DNA of 64,000 bases from Tubulanus polymorphus (Eukaryota > Animalia > Nemertea). This document shows positions 1-11,083 of the stretch, one piece after another. The translations under genes and the position numbers were made by a program. The first letter of the stretch is position 1; the number at the start of each line of letters is the position of its first letter. The stretch lies in the NCBI RefSeq assembly GCF_964204645.1, contig NC_134028.1:20025245-20089244 (forward strand). Reading direction: 5' to 3'. The notes beneath the pieces are model-generated. The model did not search any database and was not told the DNA's origin. It was given only the letters and a program-made list of their open reading frames with translations.

Positions 1-9
1 AAAAACCCA

Positions 10-2380
10 CAATATAGATCCAAAACAACAGCTTCTATTTCATTCTAACGTTTGGGGTGGGATACTTCAACCCATATTCAGAGATTTGTTTCAGATACCG
101 AGAGTTATTTCTGTTAATTCGTCTTTCCATGAGGAATATCAACTGCACATAGGACCAATGAGGTTTGTAGACTTTAGGTTCATAAGTTAAGCTACGATGG
201 ATTATTGGATCATTATTGACGAAATGCTTCGACGATTAATAAACGGCGTTTCCTCACCATGGACATATATTTACCTTGCTACGTGTACTTTCATATATGG
301 CATCGGTTGAAACCCAGAAAACCGCCACAAAAATCACCAAAAAACTTATCAATTTCATGTTGTTTCCAAAAACTGCAATCAAATCATTGAAATAGAGACT
401 GGTTCCCGGCTAAGCCAGAACAAGAGACTGGTTCCCGACTTTGCCAGAACATGGATTTTTGCGTAAATGATCTTACCTGTATGATGTGTGTTGAGATTTA
501 ACGTGCTGTTGAAGCGACCGACGAATGTTTCATTTTGTCGATTAAATCTTGCGAGTTTTGTACATACATTGGGCTGAATAATATTTAAACAGAAGTTGCT
601 GAACGGCCTCGGAATTAGCACTTCACTGTACTATAGATTTGATTCCAACTATTTACAGGATCGATTCGATTATTTTTGCCATGTTTAATCTGGGTGATTT
701 GTTTACAGTCGTTGCTGGAAATTTGAAGTACGATGGAGGTTGTACATTTTTCATCCACACAATGAAATAAAATCCTGTAAAAGACTTAATATGAACTGTA
801 GATTCAAATATTAACCAAACTTCGCCCGGTTCCACAATTCCACAGAAGAGTCGACTTGACGAAAATGAATCCATTTTAACCCTTGAATCAAATTCAACCG
901 AACTTTGTCCAGGACTGTGGAATTAGACCCTAGATAAGCAAGTCCAGAAGTGTTGAACTGGGTCCGAAGCTGCCGAAGTATGCCCAGCACACTTAGATCT
1001 TGATTCACAACTTTCTGAATAAGTATAGGTCCAGAAGTTTGGAACTGTGTCCACAATTCAAGAAGTAGGACCAGGACTGTGTAACAAGGTCCACACACTG
1101 TAATGTAGGTCCAGAAGTTTTGAACTGGGTCCACAACTGTAGAAGTAGATCCAGAAGTTTTGACTGGGTCCATAACTGTAGATGTAGATCCAGAAATTTT
1201 GAACTGGGTCCATAACTGTAGATATATGACCCGAACTGAGGAATTAGCTCTGCAACTATAGAATTAGGTCCACAATGTGGAACTGGTTCTTCAACTGTAT
1301 AAGCAGGTCCAAAACTGTGGAACTGGATCCAAAACTGTAGGAGTAGGTCCAGAACTGGGACTGGATCCACAAGTGAAGTAGGCCCAGAACTGTGGAACTG
1401 GGTTCACAACTGTAAAGGTACGTCCACAACTGTGGAACTGGGACCACAACTATGGACGTAGGTCTCAGAACAGGCTAACTTGGTCTACAATTGCAAGTTC
1501 CATGCAGAACTATGGAACTTGGTCAACAACTGCGGAAATGGACCCAGAACTATGGAGCGGTATACTGTGGAACTGGATCTAGTTTTATGGAACTTGGTCA
1601 AGGAATGCGGAACTATGTGACTGCAGAATTGGGTCTCAACCTGAAAAAGTTTTGAATTAAAAAGCTATTCGATATTGTGCATTTTCTGTATTCGCAGTTA
1701 AATCGACGAGAACTTGCTCAATTTGGTGAAAAAACTAATTACGCCAATTGTTGAGACAACTGGTGTTGAGACAAAATTATATTTTAATAACGTTGATATT
1801 TGAGTTCATACAGGTCACTTGTCCCTAACGCTAACGCAGTGTATATCCCATGAACAAACAAACGGCCATTCAGACTAAACGACACGTTGTATTGCAAGAT
1901 CATATCGTTAATCTTTTCATTCTTTTCATTCGAACAAAATGTTTTCGTGGGGACGACACTTTTTTCGTTCTAACGAAATATGTTTTAATAGGAGGCATTC
2001 CGCCTGACCCCTGACTCCATGGAGGGGGGGTCAAACAGATTATAAAAGAGATCAGTGCCATTTGTCAGTAAAAGACCAATTCCGTGACAACCTAATATCC
2101 ATTTATCCTCCTAATATATGTTACTAACCCTTTATGTATAGAAAGTAGCAGAATAATTGTATGATTCTCATTTCGTCATATTTAATAAGTTGGTTATAAC
2201 AGAATGTTACCTGAACCCAGCATCAACTACTAGTGGGTCGATTACGAATTTGGAATTATAGTATTAAGTTTAACACCCCAATCAGGAATACCCCTCGAAA
2301 ATCACATGACCATAGCCCTTAACGTTCATACATGTATCATTCGAGTCAAAAATTGTAGCATTCCTCATTGTAAGAATAAA
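10..2380 (-). repeat. Modular interspersed repeat, copy 1 (contains 20/40-bp minisatellite)
   Basis: 10-1750 is the reverse complement of ~3525-5012 (e.g. 'gaggaatatcaactgcac' vs 'gtgcagttgatattcctc'). 1760-2380 is the reverse complement of 6085-6116 + 12663-13223 + 18296-18373 (e.g. 'cctcctaatatatgttactaaccctttatgtatagaaagtagc'). Confidence 0.85.
905..1640 (+). repeat. Degenerate minisatellite with a 20-bp monomer and 40-bp dimer
   Basis: Alternating units like ACAACTGTGGAACTGGGTCC / ACAACTGTAGAAGTAGGTCC. The short ORFs here are repeat artefacts. Confidence 0.9.
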
Positions 2381-2882
2381 AATCCCCCCGCCTACTGGAG
2401 TAAGGGGGTTGGCAATCTCCATGAGTTGCCTGGGGGTTGTTATTCTGGGGCAATTTGAAGGTGAGGTGTTATTTTTGGGGCTCATTTTGCGAAGGGTTAT
2501 TGTCTGAGGGGTAATTTTGCGAAGGCTTTTTAGAAGGCTTGGGGGTAAGAACACTTGAGTTGGGGCTAATATCGCATTGAGCGTTATGTTAGGATTTGAA
2601 TAAGATCTACTAATTCGCTAATCACACACATGATTATAACTAGTTACGAGCTTCCCGCTATCCGTGCAACGGTGGAGTGTCTGTGCCTTAATTAGGAGTG
2701 CGAGTAATGGGCAAGACACCTCAAACCTCTTCTACTGATCCTAACCCACAGTGTTTAGTTAGAAACACAGTGTTTAGTTTGTTACAATATTTTCCACCAT
2801 GTCACACATTTTGGTTTCCACGAAAAAATTATTTAGTTTCTACGTCGCAAAACATTTCGATCGGACAAAAGTTTAAAAAAAA

Positions 2883-5470
2883 CCACAACCAAACCCGACA
2901 TAAACCGCAATCTTTAAAATCAACTTCATTTCACCTTGAAAAATTGCATTATACAATCGCCTTTCCGCATTTTTAAATACAAATTTTGTGATTCAGAAAA
3001 TATAGACTATTTTTACTGATCGAGCGCAATCAGGAACAAGGTCGAATTCTACACCAGCTATCGGGGTCATAGTATAATCGAAAACATGTGTAATAAGTGC
3101 GGCCTTGCAATACAATAAGTTTGAATGGTCGTGTGTTTGATGATACTCTGTCTGTTCGGGTTACGGACAAGTTATTATTATTTTTTTTCATTTTTATTAT
3201 TCTTTATTTTGTGAACTGTGTAAATTCAAATTTCAGCGTCAGAAGATTATTTCGTCTTAACACCGTCCGCGGCGTAGTCAGACGGTACCCCTAGACTGTC
3301 ATACAGTTAAAAATTCTTTACATTTTCTCAAGTTAAAAATTTTTATCATGCAGATTCTTTCGGGCTAATCAAAATGTCGCAGAAACTTTTACACATGACT
3401 TGGATGATTCCTATGGAGGGTATCTGATCAAAGCCATCATCTACGAATAATCAATAGTCGGTTTGAATAGAACCTAACTCGTGATCAATACAATCAATGA
3501 TTTTATTGATATTTACTACTGTTAAAACGTTTGGCGTAATTAGTTTTTTCGCCGATTTTCCCCAAATTGAATTGAACAAGATCGCGTAAATTTCAACTGC
3601 ATATACAGAAAACACACGATATAGAATAGATTCTTATGTCAAAACTTCGAACTTTTCCAAGAGAGCCAATCCCAAAGTTTTTCACAGTTTTCAGTTCGAT
3701 ACTCCTGGGCCAAGTTCCATAAAACTAGATCCATTTCCACAGTTTTGGATCCATTTCCACAGTTTTGGACCAAGTTCTGAAAACTTTCTTAGTACAGTTG
3801 TCCCGGTTCCACAGTCTTGGTGTAGACCTAATTTTTGGAACGAGTTCCACAGGAATGCACCTTCCTTACTTGTCGACCTAGTTCCGTACTGGGCCCATTC
3901 TACGGTTTTGGATCCAGTTCCACAGTTTTGGACATGTTTCTACAGTTGTAGAGCAAGTTCCACAATTCTGGACCTACTTTCTTCAGTTGTCGACGCAGTT
4001 CCATTGTTCTGTACCTACTTTTACAGTTGTGTACCAAGTTCCACACTTCATGACCTACTTCTACAGTTGTTGATCCAGATACACCGTGTTTTGGACCTAT
4101 ATTTTATTCTACAGTTTTTCACACTTCAGGACTTGCTTACTAAGGAACCAGTTCCACAGTTACTAGATTTACTGTGGAATTGTGGAACTGTGGAACCGGA
4201 TGCAATTTGGTTAATATTTGAATATACAGTTCATAAACAAGCCTTTTACAAGATTTTATTCATGTGAGGATGAAAAATGTAAAACCTCCATCGTCCTCCA
4301 AATTCCCAGCAATATACAGTAGAAAAACAGGGGCAGACAGATTAAACAAAGCAAAAATAATCGAATCTATCCTGTAAATAGTTGGAATTGAATCTACTCA
4401 GTGGGATATATAATGTGAAATCGTTCAGCAACTTCTGATCAAATATTATTCATCCCAAATTATGTATAAAACTGGCAGAATTCAATCGACAAAATGAGAC
4501 ATTCGTCAGTCACTTCAACAGCACGTTAAATCTCAACACACATCATACAGGTAATATCTGTAGTTCTGAAACAGCCGGGGACCAGTCTCCAGTTCTGACA
4601 CTGCCGGACACCAGTCTCTATTTCTATGATCTGATTGCAGTTTTCCAGAGACAACATGAAATTGATCAGTTTTTTGTTAGTTTTTCTGGCGGTTTTCTGG
4701 GTTTCAACCGATGCCATTGATGAAAGTACATGTAGCGAGGAAAATAAATATCTGCCTATAAAGAGGAAACGCTGTATCGTCAAAGCGTTTCTTCAATCGT
4801 ATGTCATATGAAGTGTTAATCCATCGCAGCTACATTCATGAACCTAAAGTCTGCAAACATCCTTGGTCCAACGTGCAGTTGATATTCCTCATGGAAAGTC
4901 GAATTAACGGAAATACCTCTCAGTATCTGAAACAAATCTCTGAAGATGGTTTTAAGTATTCAACCCGAAACGTTAGAATCAAATAATAACTGTTGTTTAA
5001 GATCTATATTGTTACGCATCTATATTTTACGCAATTATATTCAAGACTGGAAATAGTGCCAATTATTTATAACATGTTAGTATTCTTATAATCATGATTT
5101 ACACTGTTGTAACTTTATCGATTTCGCAAGAAACAATGTGAAAGATCAAAGAAAAAATTTGAAATCTTTGATAACAGCCTTGAAACAACTGGGAAACTAG
5201 AAAACCAGAAAATGCCATGGAAATGATGGATAATTCGAGCAACATTCTATCATACTAGAAAATTTATGTTCTAATTCTATAGGTTTCGCGTTTCCTTGTT
5301 CTATACGATTACAATTTGTGTCAATGTTTGAAAATGCGAAAAAATAATTCTTAATCGGCATTAGAAATGAATGTAGTGATGTATTGATTTCATTGACGGT
5401 TCGCAGTTAACAGTTCCCCCAGAAACCGGTGGGCAGATGATAAGTACCCGCGAACCTGTTAGCAGGTGAT
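2883..5470 (+). repeat. Modular interspersed repeat, copy 2
   Basis: Direct matches: 3210-3480 to 18320-18585, 4270-4835 to 20800-21370, 5130-5470 to 21665-21995. Inverted match of 2883-3250 to 5465-5835. Minisatellite at ~3700-4200. Confidence 0.85.
3700..4200 (-). repeat. 20/40-bp minisatellite, inverted copy
   Basis: GGATCCAGTTCCACAGTTTT / GGACCTACTTCTACAGTTGT-type units, the reverse complement of 905-1640. Confidence 0.85.
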
Positions 5471-5835
5471 GTTTTAACACTGGTATTTTAGTTTACACAG
5501 TTCACGTGTCCCCTAACGCTTACACGGTATATACGGTATATATCCCGTGATCAAACACACGATCATTTAGACAAACGTCATATTCTGTTGCAAGTCATAA
5601 CAACTGATTACACATTGTATTACACAATTATTCGATTGAGAGCTAGTGTAGAATTCAATCTTGCGCCTGATCGAATTCGATCTGCAAATATAGTCTAGAT
5701 TTTCTGAATAACAATAGTGCTGTAAAAGAATCTGCGCAAATGCAGGAACTGTTGAAATGCGATTGTATAATGCAGTTTTTCAAGGTGAAATGAAGGTGAT
5801 TTTAAAGATTGCGGTTTATGTCGGGTTTGGTTGTA
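5465..5835 (-). repeat. Partial inverted copy of 2883-3250
   Basis: 'ttttaaagattgcggtttatgtcgggtttggttgt' is the exact reverse complement of ~2885-2919. Confidence 0.85.
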
Positions 5836-5896
5836 ATATCAACAGTATGCTCTGCCTTGCCCCCGGAGGTGACACGATGAAAAAATATCCTTATTT

Positions 5897-6080
5897 GATA
5901 GAACGATGACCACACTCAAACGTGGTGAACAGATAATAATATAAAATCCCACTATTTACAGATTAAAAGAATTTAAAAACCAGAATTTATTAATTAAATC
6001 TAGGTCACACCTGACGATGATCTCTAGGGTGAGATCGAAACGTCGTGTCTTTTGAATATTTTAATGGGATTTTATATTAT
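5897..6080 (+). mobile_element. Penelope-like element remnant (pLTR fragment) with hammerhead motif
   Basis: Flanked by 11-bp direct repeat TATCCTTATTT (5886-5896, 6081-6091). Internal inverted repeat GATAATAATATAAAATCCCA / TGGGATTTTATATTATTATC. Contains a hammerhead core. Confidence 0.75.
6007..6048 (+). ncRNA. Minimal type I hammerhead ribozyme motif (PLE type)
   Basis: ACAC-CUGACGA-U-GAUCUC(UAGGGU)GAGAUC-GAAA-CGUC-GUGU: complete core, 6-bp stem II, stem I ACAC/GUGU, stem III reduced to a near-palindrome. Confidence 0.8.
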
Positions 6081-6440
6081 TATCCTTATTTATTCTTACA
6101 AGAAGGAATTCTCGAGAACGCAGTCTCAAATGTTTTTTGACTTTCTCAAAATGTATCAAAAATTTAAGTAATTTTTAGTTCATAAGTCTTCAAATATTCA
6201 TAAATGAACAGTTAAAAATTGTTGAAACATGTCGACTCAGCCGTAAAATCAACCCATTCACAGTCCCGAATGTGGGATAATGTCGGGCTTTAGAGAACAT
6301 AATGCCCCCGAGGTCTTCACATTTACAGATAAGATTATGTAAGCGTGTCGCGCGTTACACCGGATAGGCACACAATAGAAATATGAGCCGCACGTTCATT
6401 TTGATCATCACCAATTAAGAGGACCGCTATTGTGAAAATT

Positions 6441-6715
6441 GACTGCGGGAGGAATATTCCTCCCAAAGTCAATCGATGGAAACTTGACCAAGGGGTCTGA
6501 TATTCAAACAATTGACTTTGGGAGGAATATTCCTCCCAAGGTCAAACGAAGAGAATTTGACCTTCAGTTCTGATATTCAAAGTATCGACTTCGGGAGGAA
6601 CATTCCTCCCAATGTCAATCGATCGAAACTCGACCAAGGGGTCCGATATTCAAACGATTCCTCCAAAAGTCCAACGAAGAGAATTTTACCTTCTGGTCTT
6701 ATATTCAAAGTATAC
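6441..6715 (+). repeat. 73-bp subterminal repeats with palindromic core GGGAGGAATATTCCTCCC
   Basis: Units start at 6441, 6514 and 6587 with alternating spacers; mirrored at ~12100-12340. Confidence 0.85.
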
Positions 6716-7887
6716 GTTATAACCTGAACTTTTAGAATTATAGGTATTAATGCGTTGGGTGTTATTTGTTTTTCTTTTTAAAAAACAGTACCCAATGAAG
6801 CCAGGTAGATTTAGGAATTTCAAATGTTACGATACACAATATCCTAGAGCATGAGATGGTATGACGCTTACATATAATTTTAGAAAACTTAATAGATTTA
6901 GTATTTTCTTTCTCTAACAGTAAATCGCTGTAACTTTTTCGACAATCTGTTGAAATCAGATCTAATCAGTGCGCTTCTCATTATAGAATAAACACGAAGT
7001 TGAGAAATCGTTATTAAATCACGTGTATAATATAGAAATTGAGTTTAGATTTTACAGGGGACTATATAAAGATTGGTTATAAATTTTCACAAGACAACGG
7101 CGATAAATCTAAATAGTAATATGGCTCGAGTTTAGCTAATTTCATTTTCAATGGACGTAATTTGATAAATGCATTCTTTAAATGGAAATTTCATTTACCG
7201 ATCGATACAAATCATTGAGGTTACGCGTACATAATCATCATTCAATTATAAAGCTGATACATTTAATTCGTCGGAAGTTTTCGCTCATTATTAGAGTAAT
7301 TAGGAGATTCGCGTGTCGCGTGTGATAAAAGAAATTCGAGTCTTTCTTTCATTTTAAGGTCGCAAATTAGCCATTGTCCTAGTGTGCATTTTCTCATTTA
7401 TACAAGTGTATTCGGTATAAGGGTTAATTTTTCACTCTTCACTCTTTTATATATAATTCCGAAAGTTAATTAGGAGGTTTATACTGCTAACCGAACCCAG
7501 TTTCAATTCAGTTCAGTTTTAGTTTATATGCAATGTGATTTATGAAATAAAGAGAAAATACAATCCAGCCTACTGGCCACTGAACGTTAGCACCCAGAAA
7601 ACGTCCGCAATTAACGGAGAGAGAGAAGAGAGAAAAACATTGTTATAAAAATATCGGATAAAATTTATTCTAAACATAAGTTACTAAGCCCAGGACTCCG
7701 GATATCGGGATGAGATGTCTGAGGCAGATTTCTCCCATTGTCGCACACCCAATAATTACTCATGTGACCATTTTGTTTAAACAACTCTCACAATCAAGCT
7801 TTAGTTTAAGTGACCTGTGGTATACATGATTTCGTATTGATTCATGTAGCCTTATATAGTCCTTACATTGAAATTAGTGGATAGAAT

Positions 7888-7925
7888 CATGGACTCTAAA
7901 CGAATCAATCGTTTTAGAGTCCATG
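7888..7925. mobile_element. 38-bp P-element-type micro-MITE
   Basis: CATGGACTCTAAA...TTTAGAGTCCATG flanked by 7-bp direct repeat ATAGAAT (7881-7887, 7926-7932). Confidence 0.7.
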
Positions 7926-9531
7926 ATAGAATGCATCTTACTTTTTTCTAGACGAAGATCTGTCTTGATTGACATACCATGGGTTCGGAAACTAGTTGAC
8001 TTAAAAGCACATACACATTAAGTCGCTATCCTAGTAATTAATTCGACTTAAAAATCGATTGATTATTATTGAAATAAAGAAAGATGAAAAAGAAAATCAT
8101 CGTTTTTAAGGATAAATGTTTCGTTGTTCGTGATATTCAGCATACACCAATGTCCAGTTGAATTTGACAATTCAAAGTTATTACAAAAGGAGCAAATTCT
8201 AATATTCATTTAGCGGCAATTTTTTCCCAATTTTTCCCTAGGCCATTTTTTCCGTTCACCCAAAGATTGATATACTTCATTAATACTAAATTAATACTAA
8301 AAGTTATCGCGCAGGACAAATATATCGCTAGGAAGTTCAAATATATTACACTAGCTTTGATTTAAGCGATTTCAAATCAAAAGTTTTATTATTTTCAATA
8401 ATTTTTGCATCGCACAGCGAAATATATTTTTGATTTACGGGTGCCTCATAGGCCTGTCATCGCTAGTACATTGCTCATCATAATGAATTCTCTTTAATTG
8501 AGCAATATTTACTTAGGGCTTAATCACTGACTTTCTATAGATAAAGAGCTATACAAAGACTAACCCCATAAAATTCAGTGGCTTGTTATTGTCAGCCTGC
8601 TTGTATACCAAGCTTCGCTAACATAAACGATAAAGTTGCCCTTTTTACTAAAATCTTGACGTATCAAACCATAGATAAATAATACTAAAAAATTGCGACA
8701 ATCATTATTTCGCAATCGGAATCTATCCTGATTTGAAAGGCACTTGTTGACATGTGGGGGAAAATTGAAATTTTCACAGAAATCAATTTAAAACGATTCC
8801 AGTTAGTTTGGACTAAATTTTGCAATACAAACGAAAAAACAGGCCAACAGCAGCAAATCATAACCTCTTCAATGGGATTTTTCGGGGGATTCTTAACGGG
8901 GAATTTCGACCATTCCCATGTAAACGAGCCAGTAACAAAAACCCTTTGGAAACATCAATTATTCGCATGTATCAATTTACGCTACTTTTGATTATACTGC
9001 CTAATCCGCCTAATCAAATATTGCAATGCAGCTGATAATGTGTGATAGAAATCATGGAGATGACGAGTTGATTGAGCCCGAGGCGCACAGTCAATAGTAG
9101 TTGAATAGAAACTACAAACATAATGCATTTTCTTTAAAATTGTTTCATCTATAGAGATTTATTACAACTTGTCAACAGTTTAATTTCTATAATGCAATGA
9201 CCTATGTATGGATATATTTTTTTTTTGTTTTACGCGTGAAACTGGAGCATAATACCTCCGCCCAAACATTCCACGCCCATGATACCATTTAATGAATCCG
9301 AAATATATCCAGGCCCAACATCTAGAGTTCATGCTAAATGATGAAGACTAGGAATATCTTAGCAATATAATTTTCGGAAAGAGTTTAGAATAGCAGGCCA
9401 GACTCATTGTTAGGATCCACCATAGTTCTATAGTGAATTGATTACAAGTAGTTAATTCAACAAAACAAAGTAAATTGTTCATAATTAGTGCATTGCCAAG
9501 ACCATTATTCAAAATTACAAACTACATCTAT

Positions 9532-10248
9532 GGTTAGCGGCAAAAATCATCTCCGTAAAAATCCCCGATTCTTTAGTGTAGGTAGAAATCCCCCTCCTTT
9601 TGAATGCAATCTAAGTAGATACAATCTTAAGGTCAATTAATTCATATTATTGATACATATATCCAATTTATTCATATTTTACTGTGAAACACCATAATGA
9701 TATCATGAGTATACAAACTATAGTATATACTATTTGAATTAAAACATACTACAAAATTAACATTGTTCATTACTACTAAATTGGTTAATAAAATGATCGC
9801 ACAGCTTAATGAAAGGGTTCATCGCACATTTCAAATATATTACACTAGCTTGAATCTGAAATATTTCAAATCAAAAGAACATTATTTCTAATAATTTTTG
9901 GCATCGCACAGCTGAAATATACCACAGTTAACAAGAGTCCGCAGTTCAAAAATACTCCTGTTCGAATCTTTAGATATTACAAATAAAAATTTATTATTCT
10001 TATCAATTCTAACAATTTATTTTATGCTAAGAGTTTTACTTAAGAATTTATCGCAACGAAAGATTTCATTGCACAGTTCTAACATATTTCAGTCTCATAG
10101 CAAATTAATAAAATTGGAGAAACATTTTGCTTTGAAATTTCTTTGAAAATCACCGAGTGGGGATTTTTACCTACTTTGAATATTTTCGGTTTTACACAGG
10201 GGATATTTACCTAGGGGATTTTTACCAGGGAGATTTTTACCTACAACC
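9532..10248. mobile_element. Degenerate MULE-like MITE
   Basis: Left end GGTT...GTAAAAATCCCC repeats; right end GGGGATTTTTACC repeats ending in CCTACAACC. TSD unclear. Confidence 0.45.
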
Positions 10249-11045
10249 ATATTCCTATGTTTTTTAGAATGGTTGAAGGTTTTTTGAGGGAGATATTTTG
10301 TTTCAGATATTCTGGATATGGGACTCATTATCATCTCTAGCTACGGTAGATACTATTCTCATTGATTATTCGCTACGATACTTATTACATATCACGCAAA
10401 TCCGCATATACGCTTGAATTTATACTGTTAGCAGATATCACAAAGTTTGCTCATTTTGTAATAATTTGAAATCGTCAAATTTTATTGCAGAGATTCCCCG
10501 ATATATCACGAGTAATGAAACAGATATCTCATTTAAACGTAGATTTTTCTTTTATTTTGAAATCCATAGCAAACATTTATAGGAACCTTATGTTATTGAG
10601 CATAAAGCTTCTGACCCTCCTTGCATTTATACATCGAGAAATCCAACTCTAAACTATAAAAGGCTTTTCATCATAGTGTAATATAGCTTGTGCAACAGGA
10701 CGCCACTCAGTCATTACGTAAATTGTGAGAGGTGTTTATACATAATAGTTCCATGTGCAATTCATATATTGGGATCACAATCGGACAAGATCTGCTTAAA
10801 ACACTTTATCACCTTAGGGAGTTTGTGCTTCTTGATTACTCGATTAGCAGTGACACCGGAGATAAAATTCCCCCTTCAAAATCGCCCTTTCCAATATTTA
10901 ATTAAAAGCCATTCAAAGCAAGATATTTTCTCAATTCTTTTTGAATTTATTCATAATTAATAGCTTATTCTTAATAGTAATACATGTAATATCATAAGGA
11001 ATCTGATTTTATGCACTTCTAGTTGTAAAACGTAGCTGTCGGATC

Positions 11046-11083
11046 TACGAGCAATTATCTCATTAATGAGATAATTGCTCGTA
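11046..11083. repeat. Perfect 38-bp palindrome flanked by an 8-bp direct repeat
   Basis: TACGAGCAATTATCTCATT|AATGAGATAATTGCTCGTA; TGTCGGAT at 11037-11044 and 11084-11091. Confidence 0.9.

Noticed and set aside
811-1447. Leucine-rich short ORFs; CRISPR-like periodicity
   Set aside because: Translations of a degenerate minisatellite; no unique spacers, no cas genes, eukaryotic context.
6441-6715. Palindromic 30-bp repeats with 43-bp spacers resembling a CRISPR array
   Set aside because: Spacers repeat alternately and the block is mirrored in the other TIR, so these are transposon subterminal repeats.
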